A stretch of 40,531 nt of DNA from Planctomycetota bacterium (GTDB lineage: Bacteria > Planctomycetota > Phycisphaerae > UBA1845). Shown here in pieces: positions 10,060 to 20,885 of the stretch. The notes beneath the pieces were generated by a model. The model worked only from the letters and a program-made list of their open reading frames with translations, ran no database searches and was not told the DNA's origin. How positions within the stretch are numbered: position 1 is the stretch's first letter; the number at the start of each line of letters is the position of its first letter. A program made the translations under genes and the position numbers. The DNA lies in NCBI GenBank assembly GCA_030622435.1, contig JAUXGE010000002.1, positions 1 to 40,531 on the forward strand, given 5' to 3'.

Positions 10060-10123
10060 CACACCGACTGGTCCGCACCTGCGGATGAAATGGCCTGCAT
10101 CGGGTGGGCCGCCTATCGGTGTG
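10060..10123 (+). promoter_or_regulatory. Foldable leader element immediately upstream of the rplL RBS
   Basis: CACACCGA (10060-10067) is the exact reverse complement of TCGGTGTG (10116-10123). This pair encloses smaller hairpins (TCCGCA..TGCGGA, GGCC..GGCC). The SD-like GGAGA at 10144-10148 and ATG 10159 follow. Confidence 0.3.
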
Positions 10124-10158
10124 GCGATCTGACGTTTCGGATAGGAGACGGGAACACC

Positions 10159-10560
10159 ATGGCGGAAGCCCCCACAGTTGAATTCGGTTCCGAGATCACC
10201 GAACTCGCCGAAAAGCTCGTTAATCTGACGGTCAAGGATGCTCAGTCGCTGGTCGACTGCCTCAAGACGGTGCACGGCATCGAGCCTGCCGGTGGCGCGG
10301 TCATGATGGCTGCCGGCGGCGGTGAAGCGGTGGCCGAGGCCGAGGAGAAGACGACGTTTGATGTGATTCTGGCCGGTTTCGGCGACAAAAAGATCCAGGT
10401 TATCAAGGTTGTGCGTTCGATGACCAGCCTGGGCCTGAAAGAAGCCAAGGACCTTGTCGAGTCCTGTCCGAAGACCCTGAAGGAAGGATTGACCAAGGAA
10501 GAGGCCGAGAAGGTCAAGATCGAGATCGAAGAGGCGGGTGGCGCTGTAACGATACAGTAG
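10159..10560 (+). CDS. rplL: 50S ribosomal protein L7/L12
   Basis: [35 protein letters not shown] (N-terminal dimerisation domain), an Ala/Gly hinge, then C-terminal [23 protein letters not shown]. The track ORF from TTG 10051 is an upstream read-through. ATG 10159 has an SD-like GGAGA about 10 nt upstream. Confidence 0.97.
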   Translation: MAEAPTVEFGSEITELAEKLVNLTVKDAQSLVDCLKTVHGIEPAGGAVMMAAGGGEAVAEAEEKTTFDVILAGFGDKKIQVIKVVRSMTSLGLKEAKDLVESCPKTLKEGLTKEEAEKVKIEIEEAGGAVTIQ

Positions 10561-10864
10561 GCCCCCGTGATGTATGTGTGCCTTCCGTCCCGGCGGTCCA
10601 CTATGTGGTCCGTTCGGGTCAAGGGCGCTCGAACTTCGTGCAAGCGAAAGTGTGTGATCCTCAGAGATAGCCTATCCTCCGCGGGGCGGGATCGACCGGT
10701 GATGTGGGACTGCCGGTCCACCGGATGCCTCGTCGGTAGATGCTTTGTCCCGTTGCGTATCAAGGTCGCAGGTTCCGGCGTTGCCCGGGCATGGGTCCGG
10801 GAGTGCAGCCGGTTTGTGACGTGCGCCCACGGCGGTGGAGCACGAGAATGAGGGGTCGAATTCC
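10561..10864 (+). promoter_or_regulatory. Long rplL-rpoB intercistronic spacer (possible attenuator/processing region)
   Basis: 304 nt with no credible ORF. It contains hairpins such as GACCGG-N13-CCGGTC (about 10691-10715). The call is by analogy with the E. coli rplL-rpoB spacer, which carries an attenuator and an RNase III site. No clean stem plus U-run was found here. Confidence 0.3.
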
Positions 10865-13800
10865 ATGAGTGCACCTCTACCGGTACGTGACTACTCGAAG
10901 GTCGGAGACGGGATGCCTGTCCCCGACTTGATCGGGATTCAGACCAAGTCGTACGCTCGATATCTCCAGGCTGAGGCTGCGCCGGATGGTCGGGAGCCGC
11001 GCGGTCTCGAGGGGTTGCTGCGGGAGATGTTCCCGATCGAGAGCTACGACGGGAGCCTGTCCCTTCATTACATCAACTACGAGTTGGGCAAGCCGCGCTA
11101 TACACCTGACGAGTGTCGCGAGCTGCGTCTGACGTTCGGCATGCCGCTTCGGATCCGTTTGCGCCTCATCCGCAAGGACAGCGACGAGATTCAGGAGGAT
11201 CTGATCTACCTCGGTGACATGCCGATCATGATTGGCGGCGGAGAATTCATCATCAACGGTGCCGAGCGCGTCATCGTTTCCCAGCTCCATCGATCGCCCG
11301 GTGTGGACTTCATCAAGACACAGGCCGAGGGCGACCGTGCGCTGCATTCCTGCCGCATCATTCCCGAGCGGGGAAGCTGGATCGAGATCGAGGTGACGAA
11401 GAAGGACGTGCTGGTCGTTCGGATCGACCAGTCGAGCAAACTGCCCGCGACCATGTTCCTCCGCGCGATGGACGAGCGCTATTCGACTGACGAGGCGCTG
11501 GTCGAGAAGTTCTTCAAGACGAAGACGGTGAAGACGTCCCAGCTCAAACCCGAGATGTACGTCGTATCCGCCGTTGTCGAAGAGGAGGCCGATGAGGTTT
11601 TGGTCCGCGCGGGTTGCCAGATTGGTGACGCGGTTGACCGCATCGGCGCGCTGCCGATCAAGAACCTGCGCGTGATCAGCCGGGTGGCGGACCCGTTGAT
11701 GCTCAACACGCTTGCGGAGGACTCGAGCTGTTCGACTGATGAGGCGCTTCTGAAGATCTACGGGCGGCTCCGCCCGGGTAACCCGCCCCAGCTCGAGAAG
11801 GCCAAGAAGCTTTTTGCCGAGAAGTTCTTCGATGAAAACCGGTACCGCCTGGGTAAAGTGGGGCGGTTCCGGCTGAACCGCAAGTTCGAGATCAGCCGGG
11901 ACGGAGGGTCGATGACCCTGACGACGGAGGACATGATCCACTGCCTCAAGTACCTGCTCAAGCTGCGTACGGGGGAGTCGGCCTTCGCAGTCGACGACAT
12001 CGACCACCTGGGCAACCGTCGCCTTCGGACGCTCGACGAGCTTTGCGCCGACGAGATGCGCAAGGGGTTCCTCAAGCTGCGCCGGACCGTTCAGGAGCGC
12101 ATGAGCTTGAAGGACCCCGACCAGCTCGGGCGTGTCGCGGAACTGATCAACAGTAAGTCGATCAGTTCGGCGATCGAGTTGTTCTTCGGTCGAGGGGAGC
12201 TCTCTCAGGTTGTCGATCAGACGAACCCCCTTTCGCAACTGACGCACGAACGACGTCTCTCGGCGCTGGGTCCGGGCGGGTTGAACCGCAAGCGGGCCGG
12301 TTTCGAGGTGCGCGACGTGCACATCAGCCACTATGGGCGCATCTGCCCGATCGAGACGCCGGAAGGCACGAACATCGGGTTGATCGCTTCGCTGAGTCTG
12401 TACAGCGTCGTGGACGACTTCGGTTTCCTGATCACCCCCTACCGCAAGGTGGAGGCGGGTGGGAAGCTCGGTGAAGTGACGTATCTGCGCGCGGACGAGG
12501 AGATGCGCGAGGTTCTTGCGCCCCCGGACGCGGTGAACCCGGGGACGGATTGCCTGCGTGAGGGGGCGGTGATCGTGCGCCGGCACGGTGACCTTTGGCA
12601 GGTTCCCAGTAACGAAGTGAGCTACGTGGATATCTCGCCCAAGCAGACGGTCGGCGTCTCGGCCGCCCTGATCCCCTTCCTCGAACACGATGACGCCAAC
12701 CGCGCGCTGATGGGCTCCAACATGCAGCGGCAAGCCGTGCCACTCCTGAAGGTCGAGCCACCGCTTGTCGCGACGGGCATGGAGCGCAACGTCGCCGCCA
12801 ACAGCGGTATGGTCGTCAGGGCGCGCACGAGCGGCAAGGTCACCTACGTTGACGCGAAGCGGATCGTCATTGACGACACGGATGAATACGTCCTTCGCAA
12901 GTTCCACGGTCTCAACGAGCGGACGTGCATGAACCAGAAGCCTCTGGTTCACCCCGGACAACGCGTCAAGCAGGGACGCATCATCGCCGATGGTCCTGCG
13001 ACTTATGATGGCGAGCTTGCGCTGGGAAAGAATCTTCTGGCCGGTTTCATGACGTTCGACGGACACAACTTCGAGGATGCGATTATTATCTCCGATCGTC
13101 TGGTGCGGGACGATACCCTCACGAGCATTCATATCGACGAGTACGATATAGACGTGCGTGAGACGAAGCTGGGACGTGAGGAGTTCACTGCCGACATTCC
13201 GAACGTCTCCGAGCGGGCACTGGCGAACCTCGACGAGAACGGCATCGTTTGCATCGGTACCCGCGTGGAGCAGGGCGACATTCTCGTCGGTAAGGTCAGC
13301 CCGAAATCCAAGAGTGAGCTGAGCCCCGAGGAGAAGCTTCTCCACGCCATCTTCGGCCGGGCCGGGGAGGATGTGAAGAACGATTCACTCGAGTTGCCGT
13401 CGGGCGAACAGGGCATCGTCATAGGTGCCAAGCGGTTCAGTCGCCGCATCCACATGACCGACGAACAGAAGCGTGAACTCGAGGCTCAGGTCGACGAGTA
13501 CCGCGCGGGGCAGGATGCCAAGATTATCGCCTGCTTCAAGCAGATGTGCACCGAGATCGAGGAGGTCATGGACGGACCCATGATCGACCCGAGCACGCGC
13601 CAGAAAGTCGGATACAGCAACCTCGACGAAGTCATCCTGGAGCAGGTCGATATCTTCGCGGACCACATAAGGGCTCGCGATCTCAAGTGGGTGAAGCCCG
13701 CCTCGAAGCGAGACGAGGCCCTGGTGATCACCGATCGGTTTTGGCCGCGCGTCGAGGAGATCCGGGAAGAGCGGGACCGCAAGATCGCACAGTTGAAGCG

Positions 13801-14638
13801 TGGTGACGAGCTACCCTCCGGCGTTCTCGAGATGGTCAAGGTCTACGTCGCCACCAAGCGACAGATCTCCATCGGGGACAAGATGGCCGGTCGTCACGGC
13901 AACAAAGGCGTCATCTCCCGCATCACCCCTGTGGAAGATATGCCGTTCCTTGAAGACGGGACTCCCCTTGACATCCTGCTCAACCCGCTGGGTGTGCCGT
14001 CACGAATGAACGTGGGGCAGATTCTCGAGACGCATCTCGGCTGGGCGGCGAAGATGCTCGGGTTCCAGGCCGCTACTCCCGTGTTCGACGGGGCGTCGGA
14101 GAAGGAGATCCACGAGGCCCTGGCCGAGGCGAACGAATGTGCGAAAGTGCGGGCCCGCGATGCAGAGGCTGTTGCATCGGCTGCCGATGACGACTTGCGC
14201 TTTTCCGAGATTCCGCCGGGGGGAAAGGTGCGGCTGCGCGACGGGCGAACGGGCGAGTTCTTCGACCAGCCCGTGACCGTCGGCTACATCTACATGCTCA
14301 AGCTGCACCACCTCGTCGATGACAAGATCCACGCGCGTGCCACCGGTCCTTACAGCCTGATCACGCAACAGCCGCTGGGCGGCAAGGCGCGAACGGGCGG
14401 GCAGCGCTTCGGCGAGATGGAGGTGTGGGGGTTGGAGGCGTACGGTGCCGCGTATGTTCTGCAGGAGTTGTTGACCGTCAAGAGCGACGACGTCGAGGGG
14501 CGTACGAAGATCTACGAGACCATGGTGAAGGGCAAGAACGCCCTCGAGGCCGGCACGCCGGTGTCGTTCGATGTGCTGTGCAACGAGATCCGAGGGCTCT
14601 GTCTGAACATCCAGCTGGAAAAACGTCGAGTCGGCTAG
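10865..14638 (+). CDS. rpoB: DNA-directed RNA polymerase subunit beta
   Basis: About 1257 aa. Typical beta motifs include [52 protein letters not shown] and [14 protein letters not shown] 10865 is preferred over GTG 10835 (GAGGGG lies about 10 nt upstream). Confidence 0.99.
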   Translation: MSAPLPVRDYSKVGDGMPVPDLIGIQTKSYARYLQAEAAPDGREPRGLEGLLREMFPIESYDGSLSLHYINYELGKPRYTPDECRELRLTFGMPLRIRLRLIRKDSDEIQEDLIYLGDMPIMIGGGEFIINGAERVIVSQLHRSPGVDFIKTQAEGDRALHSCRIIPERGSWIEIEVTKKDVLVVRIDQSSKLPATMFLRAMDERYSTDEALVEKFFKTKTVKTSQLKPEMYVVSAVVEEEADEVLVRAGCQIGDAVDRIGALPIKNLRVISRVADPLMLNTLAEDSSCSTDEALLKIYGRLRPGNPPQLEKAKKLFAEKFFDENRYRLGKVGRFRLNRKFEISRDGGSMTLTTEDMIHCLKYLLKLRTGESAFAVDDIDHLGNRRLRTLDELCADEMRKGFLKLRRTVQERMSLKDPDQLGRVAELINSKSISSAIELFFGRGELSQVVDQTNPLSQLTHERRLSALGPGGLNRKRAGFEVRDVHISHYGRICPIETPEGTNIGLIASLSLYSVVDDFGFLITPYRKVEAGGKLGEVTYLRADEEMREVLAPPDAVNPGTDCLREGAVIVRRHGDLWQVPSNEVSYVDISPKQTVGVSAALIPFLEHDDANRALMGSNMQRQAVPLLKVEPPLVATGMERNVAANSGMVVRARTSGKVTYVDAKRIVIDDTDEYVLRKFHGLNERTCMNQKPLVHPGQRVKQGRIIADGPATYDGELALGKNLLAGFMTFDGHNFEDAIIISDRLVRDDTLTSIHIDEYDIDVRETKLGREEFTADIPNVSERALANLDENGIVCIGTRVEQGDILVGKVSPKSKSELSPEEKLLHAIFGRAGEDVKNDSLELPSGEQGIVIGAKRFSRRIHMTDEQKRELEAQVDEYRAGQDAKIIACFKQMCTEIEEVMDGPMIDPSTRQKVGYSNLDEVILEQVDIFADHIRARDLKWVKPASKRDEALVITDRFWPRVEEIREERDRKIAQLKRGDELPSGVLEMVKVYVATKRQISIGDKMAGRHGNKGVISRITPVEDMPFLEDGTPLDILLNPLGVPSRMNVGQILETHLGWAAKMLGFQAATPVFDGASEKEIHEALAEANECAKVRARDAEAVASAADDDLRFSEIPPGGKVRLRDGRTGEFFDQPVTVGYIYMLKLHHLVDDKIHARATGPYSLITQQPLGGKARTGGQRFGEMEVWGLEAYGAAYVLQELLTVKSDDVEGRTKIYETMVKGKNALEAGTPVSFDVLCNEIRGLCLNIQLEKRRVG

Positions 14639-14696
14639 GCACTCACGGGGGTGACGCCGGCTCGAATCGGGCGATGTCAGGGATGACCGAGACCGT

Positions 14697-15227
14697 ATGA
14701 GTCGCAAGACGAGAGGAGGTCGGATCGTGTTTGATGGCATCGTATATGAGACCGAGGTGAAGCCGGACCCGGAGGAGTTGGCGGCGTTTTATCAGCGTCA
14801 GCATCATGAGACCACGCGTGTCCCAAAGAAGCTGCAACGGATGATGGAGAACACGTTCTGCTTCGTCACGGCTCGTCGAGACGGCGAGTTGATCGGGATC
14901 GCGCGTGGGGTCACGGACGGCCTGTTGGGTCGGCTGGCGGAGTGTAAGTTGGATCCGGGTTTCCAGGGTCCGGCGTGCATAACGCGGACGGAGGGGAGGA
15001 TTGAGCACGACTCGTCGGGCATCGCCGCCGAGATGGCGCGATTGGTCATCGAGTCGTTGAGAGAGTACGGGGTCGAACGGATCGACGCCCTGGCCTACGG
15101 AACCGAAGAGGACTTCTGCGAGGAGCTCGGTTTCCACAAGGTGGCGGGTGTCGTTCTGATGGAGCTTCCGTCGAACGTTCCCGTGCCCATGCCGCCGCAG
15201 GCGGTTGGTGCGGGTGAGCGGGGATGA
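14697..15227 (+). CDS. GNAT-like N-acetyltransferase candidate inserted between rpoB and rpoC
   Basis: 176-codon ORF on the same strand as rpoB/rpoC, with codon usage like its neighbours. AGGAGG lies 7 nt before the in-frame GTG at 14727, which is an alternative and perhaps better start. GNAT-like elements are read by eye only: FVTARRDGELIGIARG (beta2-3), KLDPGFQG...SSGIAAEMARLVIESLREYG (motif A region with about a 14-aa insert) and FCEELGFHKV (motif B). Confidence 0.6.
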   Translation: MSRKTRGGRIVFDGIVYETEVKPDPEELAAFYQRQHHETTRVPKKLQRMMENTFCFVTARRDGELIGIARGVTDGLLGRLAECKLDPGFQGPACITRTEGRIEHDSSGIAAEMARLVIESLREYGVERIDALAYGTEEDFCEELGFHKVAGVVLMELPSNVPVPMPPQAVGAGERG

Positions 15228-15323
15228 CGGCGCGAGGACCGCGCCCGCGACGGTTGGTCCGCGACAGGTTGGTTTGGTGTGTTGACTGGGATCACCTTTT
15301 AGTCCGCAGAGGAATTCACCGCG

Positions 15324-18300
15324 ATGCTGGATAACATCTACGATCGCGTCAATGATTACAGCTGCGTCCAGATAGCGTTGGCTTCGCCCAACGATATCCG
15401 AAGCTGGTCGTTCGGCGAGGTGAAAAAGCCGGAGACGATCAACTACCGGACGTACCGACCGGAGAAGGACGGTCTGTTCTGCGAGCGCATCTTCGGTCCG
15501 GAGCGCGACTGGGAGTGCGCTTGCGGGAAGTTCAAGGGGACCAAGCACAAGGGCATCATCTGCGACCGTTGCGGGGTGAAGGTGACGCACTCGCGCGTGA
15601 GGCGCAAGCGCATGGGGCACATCAACCTCGCGGCGCCCGTGGTGCACATCTGGTTCTTCAAGTCGATGCCCTCCCGGCTGGGTGCGCTGCTGGACATCAA
15701 GACAGCCAGCCTGGAGAAGATCGTGTACTTCCAGGACTACGTGGTCGTGGATCCTGGCGACACACCCTTGAAGGAAAAGCAACTGCTCACGGAGGAGGAG
15801 TACCGCTCTGCGCAGGAGCAGTATGGCCACTCGTTTGTCGCCATGATGGGTGCCGAAGCGGTCAAGGAACTGCTCAACCGGCTCGACCTGGAGCAGACCT
15901 CGCTGCAATTGCGCGAAGACATGGTAAAGACGGGCAGCAAGCAGCGAGAGAAGGACCTCTCCAAGCGGCTCAAGGTCGTCGAAGCGCTGCGGGTCTCGCC
16001 GAACGAGGCTTCGTGGATGGTGCTGGACGTGATCCCGGTTATCCCGCCGGACCTGCGCCCGCTCGTGCTGCTGGACAGCGGGAACTTCGCCACGAGCGAT
16101 CTGAATGACTTGTATCGCCGGATCATCAACAGAAACGGCCGGCTGAAAAAACTGGTGGACCTCAATGCGCCGGAAGTCATCATCCAAAACGAGAAGCGCA
16201 TGCTCCAGCAGGCGGTCGACGCACTGTTCGACAACGGGCGATGCCGACGCCCGGTCCTCGGATCGAGCAACCGCCCGCTCAAGTCGATGACCGACATGAT
16301 CAAGGGCAAGCAGGGTCGCTTCCGTGAGAACCTGCTTGGCAAGCGTGTGGACTACTCCGCCCGATCGGTGGTCGTGGTCGGACCGGAACTGAAGCTTCAT
16401 CAATGCGGTTTGCCGAAGAAGATCGCGCTGGAGTTGTACCAGCCGTTCATCATCCGCAAGCTCAAGGATCGAGGGCTGGCGGACACCATCAAGTCGGCAA
16501 AGAAGATGCTGGAGCGCCAGGACCAGGCGATCTGGGACATCCTGGAGGAAGTGATTTATCAGCACCCGGTCCTGCTGAACCGGGCGCCTACGCTCCACCG
16601 TATGGGTATCCAGGCGTTCGAGCCTGTCCTGGTCGAGGGCAACGCCATCAAGATCCACCCGCTCGTTTGCCGGGGATTCAACGCGGACTTCGACGGCGAT
16701 CAGATGGCCGTTCACCTTCCTCTGTCCATCGAGGCTCTGGTAGAGTCGCACGTGCTGATCATGTCGACGAACAACATCTTCGGTCCGTCGAACGGCGCCC
16801 CGATCATGTCGCCCACTCAGGACATGGTCATGGGGATCTTCTATCTCACGACGGACCACGTCAGTGAGAAGATCGATCCTCGAGAGGCACCGCGTTTCGT
16901 TGACGGTGTCGAGGCTCTTTTCGCCTGGGACCATCGGCGCATCAGCACGCACGATTGGATATGGGTGCGCACCAAGCGTGATCGTATCGTCAACGATCCC
17001 AAGGGCGAAGCCGAGCCTACCCCGAAAAACCGCCGGATTCTCACGACGGTGGGGCGCATCATCTTCAACGACGAGTTGCCGCCCGAAGTCCCATTCTACA
17101 ACTGCCCGCTGTCACAGAGGGGATTGGTTCGCGTGATCGATGATTGCCACGATCAGCTCGGGCGGGCATCGGTCATCGACCTGCTGGATCGGATCAAGGA
17201 CCTCGGCTTCCGACACAGTACGCTGGCGGGCTTGTCGTTCGGTGTGACGGACATGCGGATTCCGCGGGCCAAGACGGAGATCATCGACGCGGCGCAAAAA
17301 CGTGTCGATGGGATAGAGAAGGCCTTCAGCGAGGGAACGCTCACTAGACTGGAACGCTTCAATCAGGTGATCGACATATGGATCCATGCACGCGAGATGG
17401 TGACTCAGGCCATGATCGCCGAGCTGCGGGCGGACTACCGGGATGATAAGGACAATTACCGCTCCCCGGGCGATCCGGATGCCAAGCCCTATTTGAATCC
17501 GATCTATCTGATGACTCAGTCCGGCGCGCGAGGTAGCGTCGATCAGATCCGGCAGCTGGCGGGCATGAGGGCGCTGATGGCCAAGCCGTCCGGCGAGATC
17601 ATCGAAACGCCGATCAAGTCGAACTTCCGAGAGGGGCTCTCCGTGCTCGAGTACTTCAGCTCCACGCACGGTGCCCGCAAGGGGTTGGCGGATACGGCGC
17701 TGAAGACCGCAGACTCCGGGTATCTGACGCGGAAACTCGCGGATGTTGCCCAGAACGTTATCGTCAATTTGCCTGAATGCGGTACGATCAACGGAATCAC
17801 CAAGAGCGCAATCTACAAAGGCGAGGAGGTCGACATCCCGCTGCGTGAGTCGATCATCGGCCGTGTGGCCCGCGACGGTATCCGGAATCCCATCACCGAC
17901 CAGCTGATCGTGGCCGAGAATCAGGTGATCAAAAAGGAGATCTCCGACAAGATCGAGGAGCTCGGTCTCGACAAGATTCGTGTTCGTAGCCCGTTGACAT
18001 GTGATAGCCCGATCGGCGTCTGTGCCAACTGTTACGGCCTGGATCTGTCGGCCGATCGGCTCGTCGAGGAAGGAATGGCGGTCGGGATCATCGCGGCGCA
18101 GTCCATCGGCGAGCCGGGGACACAGCTCACGATGCGTACGTTCCACACGGGTGGGGTCGCCCAGAAGGCGGCTCTGGAGGATACGCTGGTAGCTTCCCAG
18201 GAAGGTAAGGTTCACTACCTCGATCTTACCCCGGTAACGGTTCCAGTGCCCGGTGGTAAGGCACGAACGGTTGCCCTCAAGCGGAACGGCGAGGTTCTCG

Positions 18301-19763
18301 TTCTGGACGAGAAGGGGCGGGAGCTCTCACGCGACAAGGTACCTTACGGCGCCGTTCTGCAGGTCAAGGACGGCCAGAATGTCAACCGCGGAGACGCGCT
18401 CTGCGAGTGGGATCCGCACCTGACTCCGATCCTCGCCGAGGTCGCCGGCTTCGTGCGGTTCCAGGACGTGGCCGACGGTGAAACAGTGCGGCTCGAGCAC
18501 GAGGGCGGCAGTACGAAGTTCGTGGTGATCGAGCACAAAGGCGAGAAGCATCCGCAGATCGTGATCGAGGACAAGGAAGGTAACGTCCTGGATTATCACT
18601 ACCTGCCGGCCAAGGCGCGAATCGAGGTCGAAGAAGGGCAGGAAATTCTTCCGGGTATGCTGCTCGCTCGACAGCCCCGTGCCATGGGCGGTACGCAAGA
18701 CATCACGGGCGGTTTGCCTCGGGTGACGGAGATCTTCGAAGCTCGTCGTCCGAAGGAGCCGGCCGTCATGGCCGAAATCTCCGGACAGGTCGAGATCCGT
18801 GCCGACAAGCGGCGGGGGAAGATGACCATCATCGTGCGGAGTGAGAGCGGAATGGAGAAGGAGCACCACGTGCCGCACGACAAGCACCTGTTCGTGCACG
18901 CCGGTGACACCGTCCAGGCGGGCGACCCGCTCATCGACGGACCGCTGATTCCGCATGATATCCTTCGAATCAAGGGTGAGGAGGCCCTCCAGCAGTATCT
19001 TCTTTCCGAGGTGCAGGCGGTCTACCGCAGCCAGAATGTGACCATCAACGACAAGCACCTCGAGATCATCATTGGCCAGATGTTGCGGAAGGTGAACGTC
19101 GAGCAGCCAGGCGATTCGAGCTTCCTGCCGAGTGAGATGGTGGACAAGTTCCGGTTCCGTGCCGAGAACGAGCGGCTGGCCAAGAGTGTGGTGATCAGCA
19201 ACCCGGGCGACACGAAGCTCGCTGTGGGTTCGACCGTCCTGAAGGCGGAACTCCGGACGATCAACGAAGAGTCGGATGAGCGCGGCGGTGAGCCGGCCAA
19301 GGGCAAGCGCCCCAAGCCGGCGTCGGCGACTACACTCCTGCTTGGTATTACCAAGGCCAGCCTGTCGAGTGATTCGTTCATTTCGTCGGCCTCATTCCAG
19401 GAGACGACGAAGGTTCTTACGGAGGCGGCGCTGGGCGGGCACATTGACAAGTTGCAGGGACTCAAGGAAAACGTCATACTGGGGCACTTGATCCCGGCGG
19501 GTACGGGTTTCAAGAAGTACCAGCGTTTCCGGGTCAAGCAGGTTGGCGAGCCGATCGTGCTTCCCAGTGATACACCCGCCGAGTTGGCATTCGGTATAAC
19601 CGGCTTCGGCGGTTTCGGGTCATCGGAGGTGCAGACGGTCGGTGCCGCGAACCTCTCCGGTTCGCTACCGTCGCCGTTCTCGAGCAGCGAGCAGGAGGTA
19701 CAGCCTGCGGTCGGCGTGGTTGGGCTCGAGGAGCCGGTCGAACCGACCGAACCGGCTGAGTAG
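15324..19763 (+). CDS. rpoC: DNA-directed RNA polymerase subunit beta-prime
   Basis: 1479 aa. Zn-finger CACGKFKG...CDRCGV, catalytic [12 protein letters not shown], and trigger-loop/bridge regions. There is a low-complexity tail of about 90 aa after LIPAGTG. Confidence 0.99.
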   Translation: MLDNIYDRVNDYSCVQIALASPNDIRSWSFGEVKKPETINYRTYRPEKDGLFCERIFGPERDWECACGKFKGTKHKGIICDRCGVKVTHSRVRRKRMGHINLAAPVVHIWFFKSMPSRLGALLDIKTASLEKIVYFQDYVVVDPGDTPLKEKQLLTEEEYRSAQEQYGHSFVAMMGAEAVKELLNRLDLEQTSLQLREDMVKTGSKQREKDLSKRLKVVEALRVSPNEASWMVLDVIPVIPPDLRPLVLLDSGNFATSDLNDLYRRIINRNGRLKKLVDLNAPEVIIQNEKRMLQQAVDALFDNGRCRRPVLGSSNRPLKSMTDMIKGKQGRFRENLLGKRVDYSARSVVVVGPELKLHQCGLPKKIALELYQPFIIRKLKDRGLADTIKSAKKMLERQDQAIWDILEEVIYQHPVLLNRAPTLHRMGIQAFEPVLVEGNAIKIHPLVCRGFNADFDGDQMAVHLPLSIEALVESHVLIMSTNNIFGPSNGAPIMSPTQDMVMGIFYLTTDHVSEKIDPREAPRFVDGVEALFAWDHRRISTHDWIWVRTKRDRIVNDPKGEAEPTPKNRRILTTVGRIIFNDELPPEVPFYNCPLSQRGLVRVIDDCHDQLGRASVIDLLDRIKDLGFRHSTLAGLSFGVTDMRIPRAKTEIIDAAQKRVDGIEKAFSEGTLTRLERFNQVIDIWIHAREMVTQAMIAELRADYRDDKDNYRSPGDPDAKPYLNPIYLMTQSGARGSVDQIRQLAGMRALMAKPSGEIIETPIKSNFREGLSVLEYFSSTHGARKGLADTALKTADSGYLTRKLADVAQNVIVNLPECGTINGITKSAIYKGEEVDIPLRESIIGRVARDGIRNPITDQLIVAENQVIKKEISDKIEELGLDKIRVRSPLTCDSPIGVCANCYGLDLSADRLVEEGMAVGIIAAQSIGEPGTQLTMRTFHTGGVAQKAALEDTLVASQEGKVHYLDLTPVTVPVPGGKARTVALKRNGEVLVLDEKGRELSRDKVPYGAVLQVKDGQNVNRGDALCEWDPHLTPILAEVAGFVRFQDVADGETVRLEHEGGSTKFVVIEHKGEKHPQIVIEDKEGNVLDYHYLPAKARIEVEEGQEILPGMLLARQPRAMGGTQDITGGLPRVTEIFEARRPKEPAVMAEISGQVEIRADKRRGKMTIIVRSESGMEKEHHVPHDKHLFVHAGDTVQAGDPLIDGPLIPHDILRIKGEEALQQYLLSEVQAVYRSQNVTINDKHLEIIIGQMLRKVNVEQPGDSSFLPSEMVDKFRFRAENERLAKSVVISNPGDTKLAVGSTVLKAELRTINEESDERGGEPAKGKRPKPASATTLLLGITKASLSSDSFISSASFQETTKVLTEAALGGHIDKLQGLKENVILGHLIPAGTGFKKYQRFRVKQVGEPIVLPSDTPAELAFGITGFGGFGSSEVQTVGAANLSGSLPSPFSSSEQEVQPAVGVVGLEEPVEPTEPAE

Positions 19764-19824
19764 GTGTTGGAGTGGTGCGAGACGAATCCGGCGCTGGACG
19801 GATTTCAATACTTTGAGGTAGACG

Positions 19825-20214
19825 ATGCCAACGATCAATCAACTGGTGCGTGAGGGACGCAGTAAGGTTATAAAGAAGTCCAAAGTACGCGACCTCGACC
19901 GCTGCCCTCAGCGTCGCGCGGTCTGCCTGATTGTCAAGACGCAGACCCCCAAGAAGCCCAACTCCGCTCTCCGGAAGGTTGCGAGGGTGCGGCTCACCAA
20001 CGGCAAGGAAGTGACCGCGTACATCCCCGGCATCGATCACAACCTGCAGGAACACTCGATCGTTCTCGTTCGAGGTGGTCGTGTTCGTGATCTGCCAGGT
20101 GTGCGATACCATGTTATCCGTGGTGCCTTGGATGCATCCGGTGTGGAGGGGGACAAGGAAGGCCGGCCCCGCAATCGCAGCCGCAGCAAGTACGGCGTCA
20201 AACGGCGAAAGTAG
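19825..20214 (+). CDS. rpsL: 30S ribosomal protein S12
   Basis: [12 protein letters not shown]..., [33 protein letters not shown]. Confidence 0.99.
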   Translation: MPTINQLVREGRSKVIKKSKVRDLDRCPQRRAVCLIVKTQTPKKPNSALRKVARVRLTNGKEVTAYIPGIDHNLQEHSIVLVRGGRVRDLPGVRYHVIRGALDASGVEGDKEGRPRNRSRSKYGVKRRK

Positions 20215-20261
20215 GGACGATACCTGCGGGCCGGCGGGATAGGCCGCGTCCGTCAGAGATA

Positions 20262-20885
20262 GTGCGAATGAATCCGAGCGAGTTCGAAATGGCGGTCCCG
20301 GTTGCAGGCAGGAACCTGCGCGAGGGGTGGCGAGTTGTCGCTCCGCCGTTGAGCATTCTTGCATGTTGCCTGCTGATCACGCTCGCGGCGTTTGTGCGCG
20401 TGCCTGTCTACGGGACTGACGTGCCCATGACGCTCCAGGTTCTCGCCGTTCTCCTGACGGGGTTTGCCCTGACACCCCGACGTGCGGCTGCGGCGACACT
20501 CACTTACCTGGCTTGTGGTGCAGCGGGCTTGCCGGTGTTTGCATCGCCGGCGGGATTGTTGGGGCCGACGGCCGGGTATCTCGTAGGATTCGTGCTTTGT
20601 GCCTGGTTGGTAGCCGCTCTGAAAGGCGAAGGAAGAGGTCGGGTCATCCGGCTTTTGCTGGCGGGTGCGGCCGGGGTGGTGGTGGTTTTTGCACTGGGGA
20701 TCGCTTGGCGCCTCGTTCTTGCGAGGTTGATCGGTCCAGGCGGCGGTGATCTCTGGTTTGCGGTAACGACGGGTTTGGTGCCCTTTGCGGGCAAGGCGGT
20801 GGTGGAGCTGCTGCTGGCCGTGACCATGGTGGTCTCGCTCCGCGGATTCAGGGTTGGGAGACGACGGCTGTTCCACGGCGGATGA
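20262..20885 (+). CDS. bioY: BioY-family biotin transporter (ECF S-component type)
   Basis: Polytopic membrane protein with the BioY core: VPMTLQVLAVLLTGFAL...YLACGAAGLPVFASPAGLLGPTAGYLVGF. The start is uncertain (GTG 20262, ATG 20268 or ATG 20289). Confidence 0.8.
   Translation: MRMNPSEFEMAVPVAGRNLREGWRVVAPPLSILACCLLITLAAFVRVPVYGTDVPMTLQVLAVLLTGFALTPRRAAAATLTYLACGAAGLPVFASPAGLLGPTAGYLVGFVLCAWLVAALKGEGRGRVIRLLLAGAAGVVVVFALGIAWRLVLARLIGPGGGDLWFAVTTGLVPFAGKAVVELLLAVTMVVSLRGFRVGRRRLFHGG

Noticed and set aside
10051-10158. Possible 36-aa N-terminal extension of L7/L12 from TTG 10051.
   Set aside because: The canonical L12 N-terminus begins at MAEAP (ATG 10159), with an SD-like GGAGA upstream. 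The extension has no similarity to L12 and coincides with a foldable leader.
10877-13345. 822-aa minus-strand ORF antisense to rpoB. Similar long antisense ORFs are 14643-16952, 17112-18215, 20253-21887, 5344-6597, 7918-8892, 31011-31982, 36233-37180 and 37760-38824.
   Set aside because: Each lies fully inside a confidently identified + strand housekeeping gene and shares its wobble positions. The translations are Arg/Leu/His/Asp-rich junk with no recognisable motifs. This is a typical stop-codon-poor antisense frame of a high-GC genome.
20215-20261. Search for a BirA operator or riboswitch upstream of bioY.
   Set aside because: No TGT(A/T)AACC-type inverted repeat was found, only an imperfect GC hairpin. 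Biotin riboswitches are not an established class.
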